A DNA stretch of 64,000 nt, from the NCBI GenBank assembly GCA_016235745.1, contig JACRJA010000071.1, positions 21,913 to 85,912 on the forward strand, written 5' to 3'. Below are positions 52,450-60,809 of this stretch, in pieces. A program made the translations under genes and the position numbers. The DNA is from Rhodocyclales bacterium (lineage in GTDB: Bacteria; Pseudomonadota; Gammaproteobacteria; Burkholderiales; Rhodocyclaceae). Positions within the stretch are counted from its first letter, which is position 1. Every line of letters begins with the position of its first letter. The notes below the pieces were generated by a model, which made no database searches, was not told the DNA's origin, and was given only the letters and a program-made list of their open reading frames with translations.

Positions 52450-54761
52450 GGCGCGAGCCCGTGAGGCAGGGTTTTTGCGGCTTCGCGCGTTGCAAGGGAG
52501 GCGCTTGCACGGCGCATGAGCACGAAGACGAGGGCGAAGAGCACGGCGATGCCCGCGATCCACGCGGCGGAGGCGAGCGGCGCGCGGCTGAAGGTGGCCG
52601 CCTGATAGAAGAGCGTGGCCGCGGCCCAGGCGATGCCGGTCGTCCAGGCGACGACGAAGAGCGTCCAGCGCCGGCCGGATTCCTGGTAGATGGCGGCGGT
52701 AGCGGCGGTGCAGGGGGTATAGAGCAGGATGAAGAGGAGGTAGGCGAAGGCGCCGAGCGCGCCGTCGAAGCGCGCGGCCATGGCGCCGAAGGCGGCCTGC
52801 GAGACTTCCTCGCTGCCTTCTTCGGCCTGGCGCAGCCCCAACGGATCGGCCCAGGCGCCGAGCGCATCGGCGAGATTGTGCGGAATGGTAGCGAACGCCG
52901 CCGCGATCGCATCACTCAGAGAAAACGCTTCTTCCTCTTCTTGCGCGGCGCCGGCGTCTTCGGCGGCGAGCGCCGTGTAGGTGGCGTTCAAGGTGCCGAT
53001 CACGGCTTCCTTGGCGAGCACGCCGGTGAAGATGCCCACCGTGGCGGGCCAGTTCTCTTCGCTGAGCCCCATGGGGGCGAAGACGGGGGAGAGGGTGCGG
53101 CCGACGGCGGCGAGCACGGACTTGTCGCTGTGCTCGTTGCCGTAGCTGCCGTCGGTGCCGATCGCATTGAGGAAGTTGATGACCACGACCATGGGGACGA
53201 TGAGCCGACCGGCGCGCACGATGAAGGTCTTGAGGCGGTCCCAGGTGTGCCGCAGCACGCCGCGCGCGGTGGGCAGGTGGTAGGGCGGCAGCTCCATGAT
53301 GAAGGGCGTGGCCTCGCCCTTGAGCAGGGTGTTTTTCAGCACGAGGCCGGTGAGCACCGCCACGGCGATGCCGATGAGATAGAGGGCGAAGATGACGTTC
53401 TCGCCGCCCGTGGGGAAGAAGGCGGCGGCGAAGAGGGCGTAGACGGGCAGCCGCGCGCCGCAGGACATGAAGGGGGCCATGGCGATGGTCATGAGGCGGT
53501 CGCGGCGGTGCTCCAGCGTGCGCGTGGCCATGATGGCCGGGACGTTGCAGCCGAAGCCGACGATGAGCGGCACGAAGCTCTTGCCCGGCAGCCCCACCCA
53601 GCGCATGAAGCGATCCATGACGAAGGCGGCGCGCGCCATGTAGCCCGAATCCTCGAGCACGGAGAGGAAAAGATAGAGAAAGCCGATCACCGGGATGAAG
53701 GTGGCTACCGTCTGGATGCCGCCGCCCACGCCGTGGGCGAGCAGGCCGGTGAGCCAGTCGGGCGAGCCGAGCGCCGTGAGGGCTTCGTCGAAGGCGTTGA
53801 CGAAGATCGCTTCGGCGAGCTGGTCGAAGAAATCGATGAAGGCCCCGCCCACACGGATGGTGAAGAGGAACATCAGGTACATCGCCGCGAGGAAGATGGG
53901 GATTCCCAGCGCGCGGTTGAGCACGATGCGGTCGATCCGTTCGGTGAGATCGGCCGGGGCTTGGCCGGCAAGGTGCACGGCATGGCGTACGATGTCGTTG
54001 GCGAGGCTATAGCGGGCGTCGGCCACGAGGATGTCGAGTTCGCCGCCGAAACTTTGGGCGAGGGCCTGCGCGCGCTGCGCGAGCGCCTCATCGACGCTCG
54101 AGCGCGCGAGCGCGTCGCCCTCGAGCAGCCGCACCGCAAGCCAGCGCGGGGACCAGCTCTTGGACGCGGCGACCGGTTCGAGCTCGGGCACGAGCTCGGC
54201 GAGCGCCGCTTCCACTTCCGCTCCATAGGGGACGGCGCCCGGTTGCGGGGGCGTGGCGATGGCTTGCCGGATCGCCGCCTTGAGCTCGGCGATGCCGCGG
54301 TTCTCGCTGGCGACGATCGGTACCACCGGGCAGCCGAGCCGCTCGGCGAGCGCCGCCACGTCGATCTTCATGCCTTTCTTTTCGGCGACGTCGACCATGT
54401 TGAGCGCGACGAGCAGCGGCACCTGCATCTCCGCCAGTTGCAGCGTGAGGTAGAGGTTGCGCTCGAGGTTGGCGGCGTCGATCACGTTCACCACGAGGTC
54501 GGCCTCGCCCGAGAGGACGTAGTCGCGGGCGATCCGCTCGTCGAGCGAGATGTCTTCGCTCACGACGTCGAGCGAATAGGTGCCGGGCAGGTCGACGACC
54601 TCGACTTTGTCGTCCTCGAAGCGGTATTCGCCGGTCTTCTTCTCCACGGTGACGCCGGGCCAGTTGCCTACGCGTTGCTTGGCGCCGGTGAGCGCGTTGA
54701 AGAGCGTGGTCTTGCCGCAGTTGGGGTTGCCGACGAGCGCGATGGTGTAGGTGTTTGTCAT
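52446..54761 (-). CDS. feoB: ferrous iron transporter FeoB
   Basis: 771-aa ORF with an N-terminal G-domain (GNPNCGKTTLFN, DLPGTYS) and polytopic Gate domains. Confidence 0.9.
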   Translation of the reverse strand: MTNTYTIALVGNPNCGKTTLFNALTGAKQRVGNWPGVTVEKKTGEYRFEDDKVEVVDLPGTYSLDVVSEDISLDERIARDYVLSGEADLVVNVIDAANLERNLYLTLQLAEMQVPLLVALNMVDVAEKKGMKIDVAALAERLGCPVVPIVASENRGIAELKAAIRQAIATPPQPGAVPYGAEVEAALAELVPELEPVAASKSWSPRWLAVRLLEGDALARSSVDEALAQRAQALAQSFGGELDILVADARYSLANDIVRHAVHLAGQAPADLTERIDRIVLNRALGIPIFLAAMYLMFLFTIRVGGAFIDFFDQLAEAIFVNAFDEALTALGSPDWLTGLLAHGVGGGIQTVATFIPVIGFLYLFLSVLEDSGYMARAAFVMDRFMRWVGLPGKSFVPLIVGFGCNVPAIMATRTLEHRRDRLMTIAMAPFMSCGARLPVYALFAAAFFPTGGENVIFALYLIGIAVAVLTGLVLKNTLLKGEATPFIMELPPYHLPTARGVLRHTWDRLKTFIVRAGRLIVPMVVVINFLNAIGTDGSYGNEHSDKSVLAAVGRTLSPVFAPMGLSEENWPATVGIFTGVLAKEAVIGTLNATYTALAAEDAGAAQEEEEAFSLSDAIAAAFATIPHNLADALGAWADPLGLRQAEEGSEEVSQAAFGAMAARFDGALGAFAYLLFILLYTPCTAATAAIYQESGRRWTLFVVAWTTGIAWAAATLFYQAATFSRAPLASAAWIAGIAVLFALVFVLMRRASASLATREAAKTLPHGLAP

Positions 54762-54994
54762 TGTATTTTTTCCACCTCCACGGCGGCGGCTTCGCTCTTG
54801 CGCAGCGACAGGGAAAAGCCACGGGTGCGGATTTCGATGGGGTCGCCCAAGGGGGCGATGCGGGTGACGACGAGTTCGGCTCCGGGCGTGAGGCCCATCG
54901 CCAGGAGCTTACGGCGGTAGGATTCGCCACCGGCGGCATAGCCGGTGACGCGGGCGCGCTCGCCCACGGCGAGGTCAGGCAGCAGCATGGGCAT
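54758..54994 (-). CDS. feoA: FeoA family protein (proximal copy)
   Basis: 78-aa SH3-like FeoA ORF (…LAVGERARVTGY…LLAMGLTPGAELVVTRIAPLGDPIEI…). It overlaps the feoB start. Confidence 0.8.
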   Translation of the reverse strand: MPMLLPDLAVGERARVTGYAAGGESYRRKLLAMGLTPGAELVVTRIAPLGDPIEIRTRGFSLSLRKSEAAAVEVEKIQ

Positions 54995-55262
54995 CGCGTT
55001 CTGCCTCGAAGTATTCCTGCACCAGGATCTTGTGCGCCATGCCGCCGCCGAGGGCGAAGCGCGTCTCGCCGCGCTTGACGACGAATTTCCCGCCCTCGCG
55101 CTGCTGCAGCACGATTTCGCAGCCGACGTTCAAGCCGAGTTCGGTGAGGCGGCGCGTGAATTCGGCGCCGCCGTGGAGCGCGGCGATGCGCAGGCGGCTG
55201 CCGAGCGGGGCTACGGGAAGGGGGAAGGCTTTGGTGGCGGGAATTGCGGTCTCATGGGCCAT
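54975..55262 (-). CDS. feoA: FeoA family protein (distal copy)
   Basis: 95-aa ORF (…LGSRLRIAALHGG…RLTELGLNVGCEIVLQQ…). It is the first gene of the feo operon. Confidence 0.75.
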   Translation of the reverse strand: MAHETAIPATKAFPLPVAPLGSRLRIAALHGGAEFTRRLTELGLNVGCEIVLQQREGGKFVVKRGETRFALGGGMAHKILVQEYFEAERDAHAAA

Positions 55263-55315
55263 GGCGAGACTCCGAGTGGCGATGGGCAGATGCGATCGGT
55301 TGGATAGGCTTTATT

Positions 55316-55345
55316 GATTATAGTTCTCATTTACTCGCAGGGCAA
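55316..55345 (-). promoter_or_regulatory. feo promoter (TTGCCC-N17-TATAAT) overlapped by a candidate Fur box
   Basis: The minus strand reads TTGCCC (complement of 55340-55345), 17 nt, then TATAAT (complement of 55317-55322). The 19-mer GTAAATGAGAACTATAATC (complement of 55316-55334) matches GATAATGATAATCATTATC at 13 of 19 positions. Confidence 0.5.
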
Positions 55346-55414
55346 GGGCTTTTCCGAAAATTCTGCACCGGATTGCTCTTTTTTGCGCAGTGGACTTGGC
55401 AGCCCGCTCCGGGT

Positions 55415-56089
55415 TCAGAGCAGGCCGAGTTGCGCGAGCGAGACGACGTTGCCGGCCGTGACGATGAAATGGTCGAGCAGGCGCACGTCGACGAGCGCCA
55501 GCGCCTCGCGCAGCGTCCGGGTGATGGCAGTGTCGGCGCGGCTCGGTTCGGCGGCGCCGCTGGGATGATTGTGTGCGACGATGACCGCGCTCGCGTTGGC
55601 GTGAAGCGCCAGCTTGACGAGTTCGCGCGGATGGACGGCCGTCTGGTCGACCGTGCCGCGAAAGAGTTCGTGAGCGGCGAGCAGGCGGTGGCGGTTGTCG
55701 AGCAGCAGGGCGTAGAAGACTTCGTGCTCGAGCCCGGCGAGCCGCAGGCGCAGCCACTGCTTGACCGAGTCGGGGTCCGAGAGAAGGTCGGCTTCGCGGG
55801 CCGTTTCGGCCAGCGCCCGGCGGGCGAGCTCGAAGGCGGCCTGCAACTGGGCGTATTTGGCCAGGCCCACGCCATGCACGGCGGCGAAGGCTTTGGGCCG
55901 GGCGGAGACGAGCGCGCGCACGCCGCCGAAGTGCGTAAGCAGATCGCGTGCGAGATCGACGGCGCTCTTGCCTCGCACGCCGACCCGGAGGAAAATCGCC
56001 AAAAGCTCGGCGTCCGAGAGGGCTGCGGCGCCGCGCTCGAGCAGTTTCTCGCGGGGGCGTTCCTGTTCCGGCCAGTCGGTGATGGGCAT
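55415..56089 (-). CDS. radC: RadC-family JAB/MPN-domain protein
   Basis: ~224-aa product [35 protein letters not shown]… with the JAMM motif HNHPSG. Confidence 0.85.
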   Translation of the reverse strand: MPITDWPEQERPREKLLERGAAALSDAELLAIFLRVGVRGKSAVDLARDLLTHFGGVRALVSARPKAFAAVHGVGLAKYAQLQAAFELARRALAETAREADLLSDPDSVKQWLRLRLAGLEHEVFYALLLDNRHRLLAAHELFRGTVDQTAVHPRELVKLALHANASAVIVAHNHPSGAAEPSRADTAITRTLREALALVDVRLLDHFIVTAGNVVSLAQLGLL

Positions 56090-56169
56090 GGGGGCGCCTG
56101 CGCAACGAACGGGACGAGATGCATTTTCCATGAAGTGCGCCCCGGGCGCAACGGGGAAGAGGAGAAACG

Positions 56170-57411
56170 ATGGAGCGCAATGAAAGCGGGGCGCCGCCCT
56201 TTTTGTTCGGTCGGCGGATCGTGCTGGGCGTGACGGGGGGCGTGGCAGCCTACAAGGCGGCCGAACTCGTGCGCCGGCTCGTCAAGGCCGGGGCGCAGGT
56301 CGACGTGGTGCTCACGCCGGGCGGGGCGCATTTCGTCACGCCCACCACGTTTCAGGCGCTCTCGGGGCGGCCGGTGTGGTGCGACCCCTGGGACGAGCGG
56401 CGCGCCAACGCCATGGCGCACATCGATCTCACGCGCGGGGCGGATCTTCTGCTGGTGGCGCCCTGCACGGCCGATGCCATGGCGCGCTTCGCCCAGGGGC
56501 AGGCCGACGATCTGCTGACCACGCTCGCGCTGGCGCGCGCCTGTCCGATGGCCGTGGCCCCGGCGATGAACCGCCAGATGTGGCTGCATCCGGCCACGCA
56601 GCGCAACCGCGAACGGCTCGTCGCCGACGGGGTGCTCGTCTGGGGGCCGGCCGAGGGCGAGCAGGCCTGTGGCGAGACCGGGCCGGGGCGCATGATCGAG
56701 CCCGAGGAGATCGAGGCGCGGCTGGAAGCCTTCTTCGCGCCGAAGTGGTTCGCGGGCCATGCGGTGCTGGTCACGGCCGGGCCGACTTACGAGCCGCTCG
56801 ACCCGGTGCGCGTGCTCACCAATCTCAGTTCCGGCAAGATGGGCTATGCGCTGGCGCAGGCGTTCGCGCAGGCCGGCGCTGCGGTGACGCTCGTCTCCGG
56901 CCCCGTGAGCCTGCCCACGCCCTTGGGGGTGACGCGGGTGGACGTGACCTCCGCCGAGCAGATGCGCACGGCGGTGCTGGAGCGCGTCGCGGGGCACCGC
57001 ATCTTCGCCTCGGTGGCGGCGGTGGCCGACTACCGCCCGGCGCGGTCCTTGCCGCAGAAGATGAAGAAAGGGGCTGAGCGCCTCACGCTGGAGCTGGTGC
57101 GCAATCCCGACATCCTCGCCGAGGTGGCGGCGCTGCCCGAACCACCCTGGTGCATCGGGTTTGCCGCCGAGAGCGAGAATCTGGACGAATACGCCGAGCG
57201 CAAACGCCGGGAGAAGAGGCTGCAGCTGGTGGTGGGCAATCTGGTGCAGGAGGCGATGGGGCGCGACGAGAACACGGTCGTGCTCTACGACGAGAACGGC
57301 CGCATTCCTTTGCCGACCGCCGACAAGGCCCAGGTCGCCTGGGGCATCGTGCGGCACGTGGCGCAGCGCCTTGGGTTGATCGACACGGCGGTGGAACGGG
57401 GGGAGCTATGA
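56170..57411 (+). CDS. coaBC: bifunctional phosphopantothenoylcysteine decarboxylase / phosphopantothenate--cysteine ligase
   Basis: 413-aa ORF with an N-terminal flavoprotein domain ([14 protein letters not shown]) and a C-terminal DFP domain. It is followed by dut, the conserved coaBC-dut pair. Confidence 0.9.
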   Translation: MERNESGAPPFLFGRRIVLGVTGGVAAYKAAELVRRLVKAGAQVDVVLTPGGAHFVTPTTFQALSGRPVWCDPWDERRANAMAHIDLTRGADLLLVAPCTADAMARFAQGQADDLLTTLALARACPMAVAPAMNRQMWLHPATQRNRERLVADGVLVWGPAEGEQACGETGPGRMIEPEEIEARLEAFFAPKWFAGHAVLVTAGPTYEPLDPVRVLTNLSSGKMGYALAQAFAQAGAAVTLVSGPVSLPTPLGVTRVDVTSAEQMRTAVLERVAGHRIFASVAAVADYRPARSLPQKMKKGAERLTLELVRNPDILAEVAALPEPPWCIGFAAESENLDEYAERKRREKRLQLVVGNLVQEAMGRDENTVVLYDENGRIPLPTADKAQVAWGIVRHVAQRLGLIDTAVERGEL

Positions 57412-57875
57412 CGTACGGCAAGGACGAGGTGACGGTGCAGGTGCGCTTTCTCGATAAGCGCATCAAGGCCCACCCGCCGCAGTACGCCACGCCGGGCGCC
57501 GCGGGGATGGACCTGCGCGCGGCGATCGCCGCCGCCTTCGAGCTCGAACCTGGCGCGACGGCGCTCGTGCCCACCGGCATCGCGCTGCATCTGGCCGACC
57601 CGGGCCTTGCGGCCCTGATCCTGCCGCGCTCGGGACTGGGGCACAAGCATGGCATCGTGCTGGGCAACCTGGTCGGGCTGATCGACTCGGACTACCAGGG
57701 CGAGATCCTCGTGTCGCTGTGGAACCGCGGCGAGGAGGCATTCGTGATCGAGCCGCTCGCGCGCATCGCCCAGCTGGTGATCGTGCCGGTGGTCCATGCT
57801 CGCCTCGTCGCGGTGGAATCGTTCGACCCGAGCGAGCGGGGCGCGGGCGGATTCGGCAGCACGGGGCACGCGTGA
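57408..57875 (+). CDS. dut: dUTP diphosphatase
   Basis: 155-aa product with dUTPase motifs ([38 protein letters not shown]). The ATG overlaps the coaBC stop. Confidence 0.9.
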   Translation: MTYGKDEVTVQVRFLDKRIKAHPPQYATPGAAGMDLRAAIAAAFELEPGATALVPTGIALHLADPGLAALILPRSGLGHKHGIVLGNLVGLIDSDYQGEILVSLWNRGEEAFVIEPLARIAQLVIVPVVHARLVAVESFDPSERGAGGFGSTGHA

Positions 57876-57880
57876 GCGCG

Positions 57881-58315
57881 ATGCCGGCGCGGTTCGCCAT
57901 CCCGACTGCGGTGCAGGTGCGCTTGTTCGACGGGCAGGGGCGGGTGCTCTTCCTGCGCCGCGCCGGTACGGGCTTTTTCGACGGGTTCTGGAGTCTGCCG
58001 GGCGGGCACGTGGAAAACGGTGAGAGCCTGCGCCAGGCCGCCGTGCGCGAGCTCGCCGAGGAGCTGGGCATCGTGGTGGCGCAGGAGGCGCTCGCGGCGG
58101 TGGCGGTGGTGCATCGCGCCTCCGATACCAACCGCATCGAGTTCCTCTTCGATGCGCATCGCTGGCAGGGAGAGGCGCGCATCGCCGAGCCGCACCGCTG
58201 CGACGCCTTGCGTTGGGAGGATCCGGCGCGCCCGCCCGAGCCCTTCGCCCCCTACCTCGCGGCGGTGTGGCCGCAGCTGGGGCGGCAATGGCTGCTCGAG
58301 GTGGGATGGGACTAA
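57881..58315 (+). CDS. NUDIX hydrolase
   Basis: Nudix box GGHVENGESLRQAAVRELAEELG. The start is either ATG 57881 or GTG 57872, which overlaps the dut stop. Confidence 0.75.
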   Translation: MPARFAIPTAVQVRLFDGQGRVLFLRRAGTGFFDGFWSLPGGHVENGESLRQAAVRELAEELGIVVAQEALAAVAVVHRASDTNRIEFLFDAHRWQGEARIAEPHRCDALRWEDPARPPEPFAPYLAAVWPQLGRQWLLEVGWD

Positions 58316-58485
58316 CCCCCAGCCGTCCCGAGGGGGCTGGTGTGCCGTGAATCCCCGTGCTTCTTTTGCCGGAGGCAGCAACGGGCGGCATTCGATGAGG
58401 CCGCGGCTTGTGGTCATGCTGGCGCCGCGCCGCGTTAGCCCGTAAAATGGCGCCTTTGCGCCGCCATCGAGCATCCGGACGGACC

Positions 58486-59409
58486 ATGAGCGAAGAAAAA
58501 CCCACGTTTCAGGACCTTATCCTGCGCCTGCAGCGCTACTGGGCCGAGCTGGGCTGCGTGCTGCTGCAGCCCTACGACCTGGAGGTGGGCGCGGGAACCT
58601 CGCATACCGCCACCTTTCTGCGCGCCATCGGCCCCGAGCCGTGGAACGCTGCCTACGTGCAGCCCTCGCGCCGCCCCAAGGATGGGCGCTACGGCGAGAA
58701 CCCCAACCGGCTGCAGCACTACTACCAGTTCCAGGTGGTGCTGAAACCCTCGCCGCTCGACATCCAGGAGCGCTACCTCGCCAGCCTCGTGGCGCTGGGG
58801 ATCGACCCGCGCGAGCACGACGTGCGCTTCGTCGAGGACGACTGGGAAAACCCCACGCTGGGCGCCTGGGGCCTGGGCTGGGAGGTGTGGCTCGATGGTA
58901 TGGAGGTGACGCAATTCACCTATTTCCAGCAGGTGGGGGGGCTGGACTGCCGCCCCGTGCTCGGCGAGATCACCTATGGGCTCGAGCGCCTGGCGATGTA
59001 CCTGCAGGGCGTGGAGAACGTCTATGACCTCATTTGGACGCGCACGGGCGAGGGTCAGGTGGTCACCTACGGCGACGTCTTCCATCAGAACGAGGTGGAG
59101 CAGTCGAAATACAACTTCGAGTATGCCAACGTGCCCCTGCTCTTCGAGCTCTTCGGCCACTTCGAGGCCGAGGCCAAGCGCCTGATCGAGGCGGCGCTGG
59201 TGCTGCCCGCCTACGAGATGGTGCTCAAGGCCGCGCACACCTTCAATCTGCTCGATGCACGCGGGGCGATCTCGGTGACCGAACGCGCCGCCTATATCGG
59301 GCGCATCCGGGCGCTCGCCCGCGCGGTGGCCCAGGCCTATTTCGCCAGCCGCGAGGCGCTGGGCTTTCCCATGCTCGCTGCGACCGCCAAGAAAGGAGCT
59401 AGACTCTAG
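58486..59409 (+). CDS. glyQ: glycine--tRNA ligase alpha subunit
   Basis: 307-aa product [31 protein letters not shown]…[12 protein letters not shown]…, highly conserved GlyQ sequence. Confidence 0.9.
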   Translation: MSEEKPTFQDLILRLQRYWAELGCVLLQPYDLEVGAGTSHTATFLRAIGPEPWNAAYVQPSRRPKDGRYGENPNRLQHYYQFQVVLKPSPLDIQERYLASLVALGIDPREHDVRFVEDDWENPTLGAWGLGWEVWLDGMEVTQFTYFQQVGGLDCRPVLGEITYGLERLAMYLQGVENVYDLIWTRTGEGQVVTYGDVFHQNEVEQSKYNFEYANVPLLFELFGHFEAEAKRLIEAALVLPAYEMVLKAAHTFNLLDARGAISVTERAAYIGRIRALARAVAQAYFASREALGFPMLAATAKKGARL

Positions 59410-60802
59410 TATTGCAAATAGTGCGCAATAGTAGATTAAAGAATACAAATAGCCATGCACCTAACCCACAAGATCGCCCTTTGTCCGACGCCAGCGCAAG
59501 CCGACTATTTCAAGCGCGCTTGCGGCACGGCCCGCCGTGTCTGGAACTGGGCGCTCGCTGAGTGGAACAAGCAGTACGCGGCAAGCGGCAAACCCAACGC
59601 CATGGCGCTGAAAAAGCAGTTCAACGCCCTCAAGTACAGCGATCCGCAGTGGCTCGACAAGAACGGGCACCCTTGGCTACGCGACATCCATCGTGATGCC
59701 CATGCCCGGCCGTTCGATCATCTCGCCAAGGCATGGAGCCGGTTCTTCGCCGACCTCAAGGCCGGGAAACCCGCGCATGCGCCACAGTTCAAGAAAAAAG
59801 GCCGCTGCCGCGACAGCTTCTACGTCGCCAACGACAAGCTCACGGTCGCAGACAAGACGATCCGCCTTCCCAAGATCGGTTGGGTGCGGATGCTCGAAGC
59901 CTTGCGCTTCGAAGGCAAGATCCTTGGTGCTACCGTTTCGCGCTCGGCGGATCGCTGGTTCGTCGCGATCCAGGTCGAGGTGCCGGACCGCCAGTTTTAT
60001 CTCCCGCGCGCCGCAAATGGCACGGTTGGAGTCGATCTAGGCGTCAAAACTGCGGTCAAGCTCTCGACCGGCGAGGCCATCGACGCGCCCAAGCCGCTCA
60101 AGGCCGCGCTGCGACGGCTCAAAATCCGCAGCCGCCGCCTCAGCCGTAAAGTGAAAGCGGCCAAAGTCGCGGCAGGGTTTGCGCCGAACGCCCGGCTGCC
60201 AAAAGGCACCAAACTCCCGGTATCCAACAACCGTCAGAAGTCCGCTCAGACCTTGGCAAGGCTGCACGCCCGCATTGCCAATATCCGAGCGGACTTCACT
60301 CACAAGCTCACCACTCGGCTCTGCCGTGAAAACCAAGCGGTCGGGATCGAGGACTTGCACGTCAAGGGAATGCTGGCGAACGACAAGCTCGCCCGCGCCC
60401 TCAGCGACGTGGGCTTTGGAAGGTTCCGCGCGCAGATGGAGTATAAGGCCAAGCGCTACGGCACCCGGCTGATCCTCGCCGATCGCTGGTATCCCAGCAG
60501 CCGCTTGTGTTCCGTCTGCAATTGGAAGAACGAGGCGCTGACCTTGAGCGACCGGGAATGGACGTGTCCGGAATGCGGCGCGCACCATGACCGCGACTAC
60601 AACGCGGCGCTCAACCTGCAACGGCTGGCAACCGCAACTGCCCTACCCGAGGCGAGTCCGGCCGGTAACGGCGGCGCTGCGGCAGAGAGGGTCTCTGCCG
60701 TAGCCGGGAAAGTTACGCCTGTCAGAGACGACAGTGGTCCTCAAGACACGTCGGGGCAGGAAGGGAACCGTGCGCACTTTCGCGCACGTTCTTGAGAGCA
60801 GC
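59398..60802 (+). mobile_element. IS200/IS605-family (IS1341-type, tnpA-less) element carrying only tnpB, inserted between glyQ and glyS; ends approximate
   Basis: glyQ and glyS are separated by a 1.4-kb insert. It consists of a 45-bp AT-rich leader, a 446-codon TnpB ORF and a 14-bp tail. No transposase (Y1 or serine) gene is present. The boundaries are inferred from the composition change and from the reading frames of the flanking genes. Confidence 0.6.
59455..60795 (+). CDS. tnpB: TnpB (InsQ) RNA-guided DNA endonuclease, RuvC triad and zinc ribbon intact
   Basis: 446-aa ORF with the typical N-terminus (HKIALCPTPAQADYFKRACGTARRVWNWAL). RuvC motifs are VGVDLGV (D194), GIEDLHVKGM (E299) and HHDRDYNAALNL (D381). 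Zn ribbon is CSVC…CPEC (C352/355/371/374). Confidence 0.85.
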   Translation: MHLTHKIALCPTPAQADYFKRACGTARRVWNWALAEWNKQYAASGKPNAMALKKQFNALKYSDPQWLDKNGHPWLRDIHRDAHARPFDHLAKAWSRFFADLKAGKPAHAPQFKKKGRCRDSFYVANDKLTVADKTIRLPKIGWVRMLEALRFEGKILGATVSRSADRWFVAIQVEVPDRQFYLPRAANGTVGVDLGVKTAVKLSTGEAIDAPKPLKAALRRLKIRSRRLSRKVKAAKVAAGFAPNARLPKGTKLPVSNNRQKSAQTLARLHARIANIRADFTHKLTTRLCRENQAVGIEDLHVKGMLANDKLARALSDVGFGRFRAQMEYKAKRYGTRLILADRWYPSSRLCSVCNWKNEALTLSDREWTCPECGAHHDRDYNAALNLQRLATATALPEASPAGNGGAAAERVSAVAGKVTPVRDDSGPQDTSGQEGNRAHFRARS

Positions 60803-60809
60803 CTGAGTC

